64,000 nucleotides of DNA from Candidatus Pacebacteria bacterium CG2_30_36_39 (GTDB taxonomy: Bacteria > Patescibacteriota > Microgenomatia > UBA1400 > PJMF01): positions 15,573-79,572 of the forward strand of contig MNZB01000001.1 in NCBI GenBank assembly GCA_001873435.1, read 5' to 3'. Of this stretch, positions 38,220 through 46,205 are shown in pieces; position 1 is the stretch's first letter; each line of letters opens with the position of its first letter. The translations under genes and the position numbers were made by a program. The notes under the pieces are model-generated. The model did not search any database. It was not told the DNA's origin and saw nothing but the letters and a program-made list of their open reading frames with translations.

Positions 38220-38293
38220 GGACTCGTAGCTCAGTTGGTTAGAGCGTTCGGTTTACATCCGAAAGGTCAGAGGTTCGAGCCCTCTCGGGTCCA
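38220..38293 (+). tRNA. tRNA-Val (anticodon TAC)
   Basis: Acceptor ggactcg/cgggtcc; anticodon stem ttcgg/ccgaa; loop ttTACat. Confidence 0.88.
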
Positions 38294-38311
38294 CATTAAA
38301 AGCATTTACAT

Positions 38312-38384
38312 GCCAAGCTAGCCAAGTTGGTCACGGCGCATGTCTGAAAAACATGAAATTCAGGTCCGATTCCTGAGCTTGGCA
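38312..38384 (+). tRNA. tRNA-Phe (anticodon GAA)
   Basis: Acceptor gccaagc/gcttggc; anticodon stem catgt/acatg; loop ctGAAaa. Confidence 0.88.
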
Positions 38385-38406
38385 CAAAATAATAAATTCA
38401 TAAAAT

Positions 38407-38431
38407 AGCCGCTTTAATAGCGGTTTTTTTA
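38407..38431 (+). terminator. Intrinsic terminator after the five-tRNA cluster
   Basis: gccgc-tttaata-gcggt hairpin plus a T7 run. Confidence 0.5.
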
Positions 38432-38452
38432 TTCATTAACAGTATTTTTAAT

Positions 38453-38493
38453 TATCCTATAACTTTGACTTATTTGATATATTCTGATACAAT
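38453..38493 (+). promoter_or_regulatory. Sigma70 promoter P3 with TATCCTATAA box (TATCCTATAA-ct-TTGACT-N17-TACAAT).
   Basis: Perfect -35 and a 17-nt spacer. Third copy of the box/promoter module. Confidence 0.55.
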
Positions 38494-38626
38494 TATTCGG
38501 TTCTTTAACAAGTCGGGTGGTGAGCTTTTTATCGTTGATTCAAGTAAATTTCGACTATAAAAAGGTCGCCACCCAATCACCAAACTCTAGTATTTCCACC
38601 TGAGATCGGTGGATGGAGTAAACAAA

Positions 38627-39019
38627 ATGGTAAATCCCTTTCTCGCGTTATTCCTCGCTGGCTTGTCCGGCTTGGTAACCCTGTTTGTGGTTATGCGACA
38701 GAATACAGCCAGCAAAGCTATTAATGCTATGGCTGCTGTCACTGCTTTGGCAGTCATTGGTTGGGCCTTCGCCAGTACTACTTGGCTTGGACCTGCCGTT
38801 GGCATCGGCGCTGCTACTTGGGCTTGGTTTTTAACCATGCCCAATGGCAGTAAAAAATTCCTGCAAAAAATCTGCCTGATGCTTGGACAAATTCCTTTCG
38901 TCATGATGGCAGATTATCCGAACTTCGCTCTCGGTCAGCACATGTCATTGTTCCTATTGGTCCTCTTGGACCTGTTTTTAGTGACGATGGCGTTTTTTGC
39001 TCCCAAAAAGCTAAGTTAA
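38627..39019 (+). CDS. Small 4-TM membrane protein, paralog A (GC-rich)
   Basis: Shine-Dalgarno GGAG 8 nt upstream of the ATG at 38627; the ORF-track start at 38609 lacks a Shine-Dalgarno. Shares the LMLGQ(I/V)PF...YP motif with the next gene. Confidence 0.6.
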   Translation: MVNPFLALFLAGLSGLVTLFVVMRQNTASKAINAMAAVTALAVIGWAFASTTWLGPAVGIGAATWAWFLTMPNGSKKFLQKICLMLGQIPFVMMADYPNFALGQHMSLFLLVLLDLFLVTMAFFAPKKLS

Positions 39020-39038
39020 AAAAAAGGAACAAACAACT

Positions 39039-39443
39039 ATGCTACAAACTAACTACTTCTCGTTCTTTGCCACAGTCTTAACCCTAGTTGCCACCTTCAT
39101 GGCGACTGCTTTGTTGGGAAAAAAGATTGGGCATGCTGTCGGTTCAACCATTGTAGTGGCGGCTCTGTCGTTATCTCTTTGGTTGTTATTTCCCGGCAGT
39201 TATTTGGCTCCGGCGCTTGCGCTGGGGCTTTTGGCTTGGGCGGCAGTAATTTCGCTCGAAAAGCCTCAACCAACAGCGGGCTTTTTTCTCATGTTGGGAC
39301 AGGTGCCTTTCATCGGTTTGGTGATTTTTTCCTCATATCCCAGTGCTTTAAGTGCTGGATTGATGACGGCTATCATCATTGATAGTTTGTTGTCATTTCT
39401 TGCCTTCGTTTTGTTTCTATTGAAGGCTAGAGAGTGGAGGTAA
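39039..39443 (+). CDS. Small 4-TM membrane protein, paralog B (GC-rich)
   Basis: Shine-Dalgarno AAGGAA; 134 aa; LMLGQVPFIGLVIFSSYP aligns with LMLGQIPFVMMADYP of paralog A. Confidence 0.6.
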   Translation: MLQTNYFSFFATVLTLVATFMATALLGKKIGHAVGSTIVVAALSLSLWLLFPGSYLAPALALGLLAWAAVISLEKPQPTAGFFLMLGQVPFIGLVIFSSYPSALSAGLMTAIIIDSLLSFLAFVLFLLKAREWR

Positions 39444-39520
39444 TCGAATTGGCGACCAGGGTTAATGAATATTAATCAACAAACACTGTTGGTGAAATGT
39501 TTAGTAGCTCAGAAAAAAAG

Positions 39521-39552
39521 AACCCCGTATCTGTGAAGGTACGGGGTTTTTC
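39521..39552. terminator. Bidirectional intrinsic terminator
   Basis: aaccccgta-loop-tacggggtt hairpin with an A8 run upstream and T5 downstream. Confidence 0.7.
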
Positions 39553-39571
39553 GTTTTAATTGTTTATAAAT

Positions 39572-39727
39572 TTATTTACCACCGCCAACAGCGGAAGTAA
39601 TCATTTCTTTAATGAAATTTAATAGTGCTTTAAAAATATCAACCAAAACACGCACTACGATTGTTGTGGTGTGCTCTAAACCTTGAGCAAATATTTTATT
39701 GCGTTGCAAACGATTTGATTCAGACAT
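39572..39727 (-). CDS. 51-aa ORF translationally coupled to coaDE (MSESNRLQRNKIFAQGLEHTTTIVVRVLVDIFKALLNFIKEMITSAVGGGK)
   Basis: Its ATG lies 2 nt after the coaDE stop (TAGTTATG); a terminator follows; no independent Shine-Dalgarno. Confidence 0.3.
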   Translation of the reverse strand: MSESNRLQRNKIFAQGLEHTTTIVVRVLVDIFKALLNFIKEMITSAVGGGK

Positions 39728-39729
39728 AA

Positions 39730-40845
39730 CTAAAGTATCGCAGAAAATATTTTTTTAGCAAAGGAAGAAATTTCCGTGTTTTCATCAACTAGCCACAGTT
39801 TACCAAAATTATTTTCAGCAATCTTATTTTTAATTATTTTTTCTTTTTCTTTATTTGTTAATTGAGATTTTAATCTTCTCTCAATTTGTTGAGGACTTAG
39901 TTTTCTATTTTCTAGATATTTTTTTTGTTGACTAGGTTTAACACTGGCTAATATTACTCTATTGTTACAGACACTTAATAAATTTGCCTCAGCTAGTAAG
40001 GCACTATTGATTAAAATTAACCCTTTTTTATTTTTTAATTCTTTGCGTAAACGAACTAAAACCGGTTTCCACATTAAATTATTCAAGATATTTAATTGTG
40101 TTAAGTCTTTGAATACGATTTCTCCCAAAACTTTTCTATTTATTTTGCCGTCTTTTTTAAGAATTTTTTTGCCAAATTGCTCGACTATTTTTTTTCTTAA
40201 ACTCACATATATTGGTTCAATAAGATCATCTTGGATTTGATGAGCTAGCTGATCTAGCTCTATGTTATGGACTTCTACTTTTTTAGTATTTCCAATTTCT
40301 ATTAATTGATTGGCAAGATGGCTTTTTCCAGTAGCTACTTCTCCAGTAATGCCAATAATTATTTGTTCAGAGAGCTTTTTTTCTAGCGCAATCTTAACTC
40401 CAAGTGGGACATAGTTTTGGGTAGCTCCATGTTCTTTTTGTAATGCTTTTACTGTGCTTGAGCTAACATGAGCTAAGTTTGGCTTGGCAAATAATAATAT
40501 TGTTTCAATGCCTTGATTCTGTGAAAGACCCACGTGGCTAAGGGTTTGTTCGTATCTAAAGTCTTCAGGATTTCTTACGCCTTTTACAATAACATCTACT
40601 TCTTGTTCGTAAGCAAAATCTACTAAGAGTCCACTAAAGCTTTTTACTATAACTTTAGGTAAACTCTCTAGAGCTCCTTTGGCAAGAGTCTCTCTTTCAA
40701 TTGGAGAAAAAGTGTATTTTTTTTCAGGATTAGTGCCTATCGCAACTATGACCTTATCGAAAATATGACAAGCTCTTTTGATAATATCAATATGACCATA
40801 GGTAATAGGATCACCTGAAAAAGCGTAAATAGCTTTACTAGACAT
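39730..40845 (-). CDS. coaD: Bifunctional phosphopantetheine adenylyltransferase / dephospho-CoA kinase (CoaD-CoaE fusion)
   Basis: N-terminal FSGDPITYGHIDII (HxGH nucleotidyltransferase motif); C-terminal Walker A GITGEVATGKS of the DPCK type. Confidence 0.8.
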   Translation of the reverse strand: MSSKAIYAFSGDPITYGHIDIIKRACHIFDKVIVAIGTNPEKKYTFSPIERETLAKGALESLPKVIVKSFSGLLVDFAYEQEVDVIVKGVRNPEDFRYEQTLSHVGLSQNQGIETILLFAKPNLAHVSSSTVKALQKEHGATQNYVPLGVKIALEKKLSEQIIIGITGEVATGKSHLANQLIEIGNTKKVEVHNIELDQLAHQIQDDLIEPIYVSLRKKIVEQFGKKILKKDGKINRKVLGEIVFKDLTQLNILNNLMWKPVLVRLRKELKNKKGLILINSALLAEANLLSVCNNRVILASVKPSQQKKYLENRKLSPQQIERRLKSQLTNKEKEKIIKNKIAENNFGKLWLVDENTEISSFAKKIFSAIL

Positions 40846-40862
40846 AGTCGGTATTATACAGA

Positions 40863-41879
40863 CTAGTTTTCTTTATGAGATCGCCATAAGGAATAGCTAG
40901 CACGAATAGTGATATAGATTGGAATTGCAATTAAACCACCCACTACGCCACCCAATTGAAAGCCGGTTAAAACACATAGCATCGAGATTAAAGGATTAAC
41001 CTTTGCATTGGCGCTCATAATTTTAGGGACAATAAAGTTATTTTCTAATTGTTGAATTATTATGTACATTAAAGTTGTCGCACCAGCCATTGGAATACCA
41101 AAGGTTAAATAGGCAATTAATATTCCTGGTACTGCAGAGATAAATGGTCCAAGGTTTGGTAATATTTCTAAGAAACCAGCTAATATTGCTAGTGGTAAAG
41201 CAAAAGGAACTCTAAGCATCATTAAGCCAAAGTATGTGGTTATTGCAATAATAATCATTAAGATTATTTGTCCTCTTACCCACCCACCCAATTGTTTTTC
41301 TAGGCTGTTGATAAAGTTTTTCGCTAATTCCAACTGTTTTTCTTCATTAGTAAACCAAGCAACTTTTTTGTGTAAGTGATGTCTATCAATTAGTAAGTAA
41401 AAAGACATGATTAATAGGGTCAGGAAGGTGAAGATGCCGGCAAAGGTGCCAGTGATTGCACTTACCAAGAAATTTACTGAGGAACTAAATTGGTTGGCTA
41501 AGCTACCGATTTGGGAGAAAGAAAACTCCATTCTAGAGAATATTTCCTGAAGATAGGGAAGATTTATGGTTTTTAAAAAGCGGATTATTTCAGAAACCAA
41601 TGGTGGCAAAACTAGTGCTGTAGAAGAAACAATAAGAATAATGAGCAAGATATATACAAAGATCATGCTAAGAACTCTTGGTAGACGTAGTTTTTTTTCA
41701 AATCTTGTAACAGCTGGGTTGAGAGCAACCATTAGGATAAACGATAGAAAAAGCAAAATGATTATATTTCCAGTTAAAGAAATAAATTTGATTATTCCAA
41801 GCATTGCAGCAGTAAAAATAACGATTGAAGGAGAGATTATTATTTGGGTTTTGTTTTTAGAGGAAAATAAATCAGACAT
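40863..41879 (-). CDS. AI-2E family transporter (PerM/UPF0118-like permease)
   Basis: 338 aa, ~8 TM helices, conserved glycine-rich C-terminal region. Confidence 0.75.
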   Translation of the reverse strand: MSDLFSSKNKTQIIISPSIVIFTAAMLGIIKFISLTGNIIILLFLSFILMVALNPAVTRFEKKLRLPRVLSMIFVYILLIILIVSSTALVLPPLVSEIIRFLKTINLPYLQEIFSRMEFSFSQIGSLANQFSSSVNFLVSAITGTFAGIFTFLTLLIMSFYLLIDRHHLHKKVAWFTNEEKQLELAKNFINSLEKQLGGWVRGQIILMIIIAITTYFGLMMLRVPFALPLAILAGFLEILPNLGPFISAVPGILIAYLTFGIPMAGATTLMYIIIQQLENNFIVPKIMSANAKVNPLISMLCVLTGFQLGGVVGGLIAIPIYITIRASYSLWRSHKEN

Positions 41880-41930
41880 ATTGAGAATAGTATAGAGGAT
41901 TTTATCTGATATTGTGAAGAGGTAAGCTTG

Positions 41931-42476
41931 TTACATCTCTCTAATCAAACTTCTTACGAACTCTGATTTAGATAAACCTTTTTCTTGAGCAAGCTTTTGT
42001 AATTTTAAATCAAGTGACTCTGAAATTAATACATTAAATTTTTTAATTTTTTCAATAGGAGCCATTTTAACGGCTTTGGGTAGATTTTTTTCTAATTCAA
42101 AGATTTTTTTATAAGGCAAATAAATAAAGTTTTGATTATTTTCTAAAAAAACAGGAATACTAGAACAAACATCTATTCTAGAAACTGCAATAATTGGTTT
42201 TTTGAGTTGCAAAGCCTCATGAATTAAATATCCAACACTAATATTCTCAAAAGTAATTTCAGCAACTATTAGATCGGCTTCATTAATTTTTTGAAAATAT
42301 TTTTTATGAAAATCTATATTTTTATCAATAGATCGTTGAAGAGAATCAATATCTTCTTTTAATATATGCTCATACAAAACTTGATGACCTAAATCTTTGA
42401 GAATTCTAACAATCGACAAATAATAAAACTTCTGTTGTTCTTTATCTTTAATTGAAGCAACAAAAGTTATTTTCAT
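41931..42476 (-). CDS. Nucleoside 2-deoxyribosyltransferase-like/SLOG-type Rossmann domain fused to a C-terminal ribbon-helix-helix (CopG-like) motif
   Basis: ADLIVAEITFENISVGYLIHEALQLKKPIIAV resembles the NDT-like core D.GT.fElGyA...KPV. C-terminal LSKSEFVRSLIREM is an RHH-like strand-helix. Confidence 0.5.
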   Translation of the reverse strand: MKITFVASIKDKEQQKFYYLSIVRILKDLGHQVLYEHILKEDIDSLQRSIDKNIDFHKKYFQKINEADLIVAEITFENISVGYLIHEALQLKKPIIAVSRIDVCSSIPVFLENNQNFIYLPYKKIFELEKNLPKAVKMAPIEKIKKFNVLISESLDLKLQKLAQEKGLSKSEFVRSLIREM

Positions 42477-42487
42477 TTCTCAATCCT

Positions 42488-45400
42488 TTAGCGCCACTTA
42501 TCTCTTAATTCACCCACTACTGTTTCAATTAATTTTGCTAAATCTTTTGTATCTTCATCAGTTAAAAAGAAACTACGAGTAACAATTTTTTCTTTTTCAT
42601 TTGGTTCGACAAATTCAAACTCACCACTAATAACTTCATAAGGAAAAGTTTTATCTAATTGAGTTAATAATTTATAAAATAATAACTGTCTCTTATATGG
42701 ACCACGAATATTTTCAGGCAAACTTCTCTCTCTTTCTGAAAGATTTGCAGAGGCAGTTGCTCCTTCTATTTCATTGTTACTTCTGTTTTTACCAGTTTTA
42801 TAATCAATAACTTTCACTTGCTTCTTTTCAATCTCCAACCAATCGATTCTGTCGATTCTTCCAGTAAGAGCAATATCTCCCAACATCACTTTTTGTTTGC
42901 CACCACCAAAAAATCTTTCAATATAAAGAGGATTAAATTTTTTATTAACCAAATCATTAAAATAACCAGTGAGAACCTTATTGCCATATTTAAGTCTTTG
43001 TAAATGCTCTTTTTCTGTTAAAACCTCTTGGCTTAAAGCTAGTTCAAAATGTTTTTCGGCCTCAGCTAAAGTTGGCAACTCATTAGTTTGTTGATAAGTT
43101 TTATATATAAATTCCATTGCACTATGCATGGCTGTTCCAAAGGCTAAAATCGGGGTTTTAGCTCTTGGTACACGCAATAAAGTGTTATGTAAAAATTCTT
43201 CTGGATCTCTTAAATAAGTATTTAGAGCAGTGACAGACCAGCGGAAATTATCTAATAACCAACGTAAATATATTTTTTCTCCATCATTAGTGGTGACTAG
43301 TTCTTTTGAGGTATTTGGTTGCAAAAGTTTTAATAAATGAGCGGGTGCATTTGCTTCAATTTCATTGTCAATAATTTTTTCCCATGACTCAGCTTCACGA
43401 TCATTTTCTTCAATTTCAGTTAAGAACATACTAGGAATTACATCTTTACTGTTTCCCTCACTCACAATAGTCTCTGGGTGGGAAATGATGACGAGTTTTT
43501 TGGCACGAGTCAGGGCAACATAAAATAATCTTCGTTCGTCTTCGTTTCTTTCTTTTCCTGATAAATCTGTATTTTGCAAGATTTCAATAGGCAGCTTAAT
43601 CAAATCTTTACTACGATTATTTCCCCATTTTTTATCAACACATTGATAAAGAAAAACAAAGTTCCACTCACGTCCTTTTGCTTTGTGAACAGTTGAAAGG
43701 TGAACTGCTTGTCTTCTGACATTGAGGTCTTCAATATTAATTTTTAAATCATGTTCTGAAATTAAATCTAAAGCTCTTAGCAGGTCTTTTAATTTGAAGT
43801 GGTGGTTATGACTAACCATTTTTTTAATTTCACCAAAAACAGAATTTAATACGGTGACTAAAAATATTTTTCCTTCTTGGTCTAACAACCAAGGTAAAAA
43901 CCCAGATTCTTTAATAACAGCTTCAAACCAATCGGGAAAAGTTTTATTTGCATCAGCAATATCCCATTCCTGAAGTTTGGCAAAGTAATTCTTTATTGGA
44001 GATAAATCTAATGGAGTAATTTCATAGCCAGGATTATGGGCGTTTATTACTGTTTCCCCCTGCTCAACCAAATCAATAATTGGGGTTTTGGCTTTACCAG
44101 CAGCTCTTGCTACTTTGAGTACCACGCTATTTTCCCAACCAAAGATTTTTTTCAACCACTCATATTGCAGTGTTTCATAGAGCAACTCAGTTTCTTCTCC
44201 GCTGCGTATTAATGAAATAACTTGAAAAAGAGTAATTAATTGACGGATAGATTCTTCTTTTAAAGCATCTCCCCCACCCTCTACTTCATATGGAATATCC
44301 CAAGTATCTAGTATTTCAGCTATCTCTGTTCTATCTGCATTTTTTCGATAGAGAATTGAAATTTCGTGAGCAGGAACACCACTAGCCAAAAGTTCTTTAA
44401 TTTTTTCTGCTATTTGGACAGCTTCTAAAATCTGTGATGAAGTGGTGGTAAGAGTGATTTTCTCTCCCTTGCCACGTGGGCTCTCAAGCCTATTGGTTAG
44501 AGAAAAATTTTGATTTTTATTACTATCATTTTTTGGTAAAGAAAAATCTAATTGATTCAATGAAATTAAATCTGCGGCCGTATTGTAAATTGTTTGTGGA
44601 CAGCGGTAGCCAGTGGTCAATGTAATGACAGTAGCATTTGGATATTGGTGTAAGAAACCAAGCATGTTTTCAACTGAGGCTCCTTGAAAACGGTAAATAG
44701 CTTGATTGGGATCTCCTACTACAAAAATATTGGCATTTTCAGCCCAATAACTAGCCAGTAGGCTCACAACTGTGTTTTGAGCACTATTGGTATCTTGGTA
44801 TTCATCAACTAGAAAATAGTGGAGATTCTCTTGATATTCTCTAAGCAAAGTTTCGTCTTTTTGCAAAGCCTCCACAACCAAAGCAATCATATCATCAAAG
44901 TCATATCGCTTTGCTTCGCGCAAACGTTGTTGATAAATTTTATAAACTTCACAAAGCTCAGTGTTTTTTTCTAATTGCTTAAGGTCTTTTTCCCATTCTG
45001 TTCTAGTTAGTTCCCCCGGTTGTTTTTTAATTCTTTTTCCAGGTTCTGATTTTGCTGGTTCACTGGCAACTAGTCTTTCTCTCCAGTCTTTAATTAATTT
45101 TTCATAGTTATCTGGTTGAATGCCTTCTCTTTTTAAATTAGAAATACCTTTAATTGCATCCTTAAGATAGAAAAAAGGAGTGTTGAGGGGTTTAATATTT
45201 TCTAAAACTAAGTTATTAAAAATATCTTCAAACAATTCAAAACGTTCCAAGTCTGATAAGGGAGCACTATCTCTTTCAATCGGAAATGCTTCTGGATGGT
45301 TATCAATGATTTCTTTGCAAAAAGAATGAAAAGTGGCTATTTGTACATAATAACCAGTTTTGCCAATCATTTTTACCAATCTCTCGCGCATGTTTTTTGC

Positions 45401-45610
45401 AGCGCTTTCAGTAAAGGTGAGAGCTAAAATGCTGTTTGGATTGGTATCGGTTTTTTGTAGTATTTGGGCAATGCGCGCTGTAAGGACTTGTGTTTTACCA
45501 GTTCCAGGTCCAGCCACAACCATAACTGGTCCTTCAATGGTATCGACAGCTTGTTTTTGTGCTGTGTTTAGGGAGTTATATATCTTGAGAAAATTCAAAT
45601 CTTGAGACAT
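42488..45610 (-). CDS. UvrD/PcrA-family helicase with C-terminal PD-(D/E)xK nuclease domain (AddA-like helicase-nuclease)
   Basis: Helicase motifs GPGTGKT, TFHSFC, DEYQDTN, VGDPNQAIYRFQGA and ALTRAK. C-terminal nuclease motif GRIDRID...IDYKTG. Confidence 0.85.
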   Translation of the reverse strand: MSQDLNFLKIYNSLNTAQKQAVDTIEGPVMVVAGPGTGKTQVLTARIAQILQKTDTNPNSILALTFTESAAKNMRERLVKMIGKTGYYVQIATFHSFCKEIIDNHPEAFPIERDSAPLSDLERFELFEDIFNNLVLENIKPLNTPFFYLKDAIKGISNLKREGIQPDNYEKLIKDWRERLVASEPAKSEPGKRIKKQPGELTRTEWEKDLKQLEKNTELCEVYKIYQQRLREAKRYDFDDMIALVVEALQKDETLLREYQENLHYFLVDEYQDTNSAQNTVVSLLASYWAENANIFVVGDPNQAIYRFQGASVENMLGFLHQYPNATVITLTTGYRCPQTIYNTAADLISLNQLDFSLPKNDSNKNQNFSLTNRLESPRGKGEKITLTTTSSQILEAVQIAEKIKELLASGVPAHEISILYRKNADRTEIAEILDTWDIPYEVEGGGDALKEESIRQLITLFQVISLIRSGEETELLYETLQYEWLKKIFGWENSVVLKVARAAGKAKTPIIDLVEQGETVINAHNPGYEITPLDLSPIKNYFAKLQEWDIADANKTFPDWFEAVIKESGFLPWLLDQEGKIFLVTVLNSVFGEIKKMVSHNHHFKLKDLLRALDLISEHDLKINIEDLNVRRQAVHLSTVHKAKGREWNFVFLYQCVDKKWGNNRSKDLIKLPIEILQNTDLSGKERNEDERRLFYVALTRAKKLVIISHPETIVSEGNSKDVIPSMFLTEIEENDREAESWEKIIDNEIEANAPAHLLKLLQPNTSKELVTTNDGEKIYLRWLLDNFRWSVTALNTYLRDPEEFLHNTLLRVPRAKTPILAFGTAMHSAMEFIYKTYQQTNELPTLAEAEKHFELALSQEVLTEKEHLQRLKYGNKVLTGYFNDLVNKKFNPLYIERFFGGGKQKVMLGDIALTGRIDRIDWLEIEKKQVKVIDYKTGKNRSNNEIEGATASANLSERERSLPENIRGPYKRQLLFYKLLTQLDKTFPYEVISGEFEFVEPNEKEKIVTRSFFLTDEDTKDLAKLIETVVGELRDKWR

Positions 45611-45668
45611 AAGAATCTCATTATATCTTATTTATTTTTTCTCTGAGCCCATACCCAAGTAATTTAAT

Positions 45669-46151
45669 TTATTGGGTTGATTTTTTGCTTTTTCTGGTTT
45701 TTTTAAGTGGGAAGTTCCAACCAGTTTTTTCTGCAGTTTGGGTATTACGAGCTACTATGGCATGCATGGCTCGATCATATTTTTCATTCCAATATGGCTG
45801 GCGTTGATTGAGTTTTGTGGTGCGCAAAGTAATGGCTTTCTTTAAGGCTCCTGGCTCATTACTTGTAGTAGCCATGGCAATATCTGGATAGATTCCTTGA
45901 GATCCAGTTAGAGCATTTTGACAAATTGTTATGCCGTTGGCAGCGAAGTCTGGGTTTATGCCAAATTTTTTTGCATATTTTGGAGGAATAATTTGATGAA
46001 TTAATAGGCCACCACCACATTCATGTTCTCCAGGAAATTGGCAACTATTATTATCTCTTTCTTTGATTGAGGTTTTTTGTTTTTCTGAAAAAGCAGCTAG
46101 ACTTACAAAAAATGAAACAGCGAGGATGCCCCATGGAATTAATTTATTCAA
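45669..46151 (-). CDS. Secreted or membrane-anchored Cys-containing protein with a degenerate HNH-like segment
   Basis: N-terminal signal or anchor MNKLIPWGILAVSFFVSLAAFS; 4 Cys; IHQIIPPKYAKKFG...NG..ICQN resembles an HNH/His-Me finger core. Confidence 0.5.
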   Translation of the reverse strand: MNKLIPWGILAVSFFVSLAAFSEKQKTSIKERDNNSCQFPGEHECGGGLLIHQIIPPKYAKKFGINPDFAANGITICQNALTGSQGIYPDIAMATTSNEPGALKKAITLRTTKLNQRQPYWNEKYDRAMHAIVARNTQTAEKTGWNFPLKKTRKSKKSTQ

Positions 46152-46205
46152 TGGATTTTCTAAGTTGTTTTTTTGAGTTCTCTGGGTTCTTTGCCATTGG
46201 CGATA

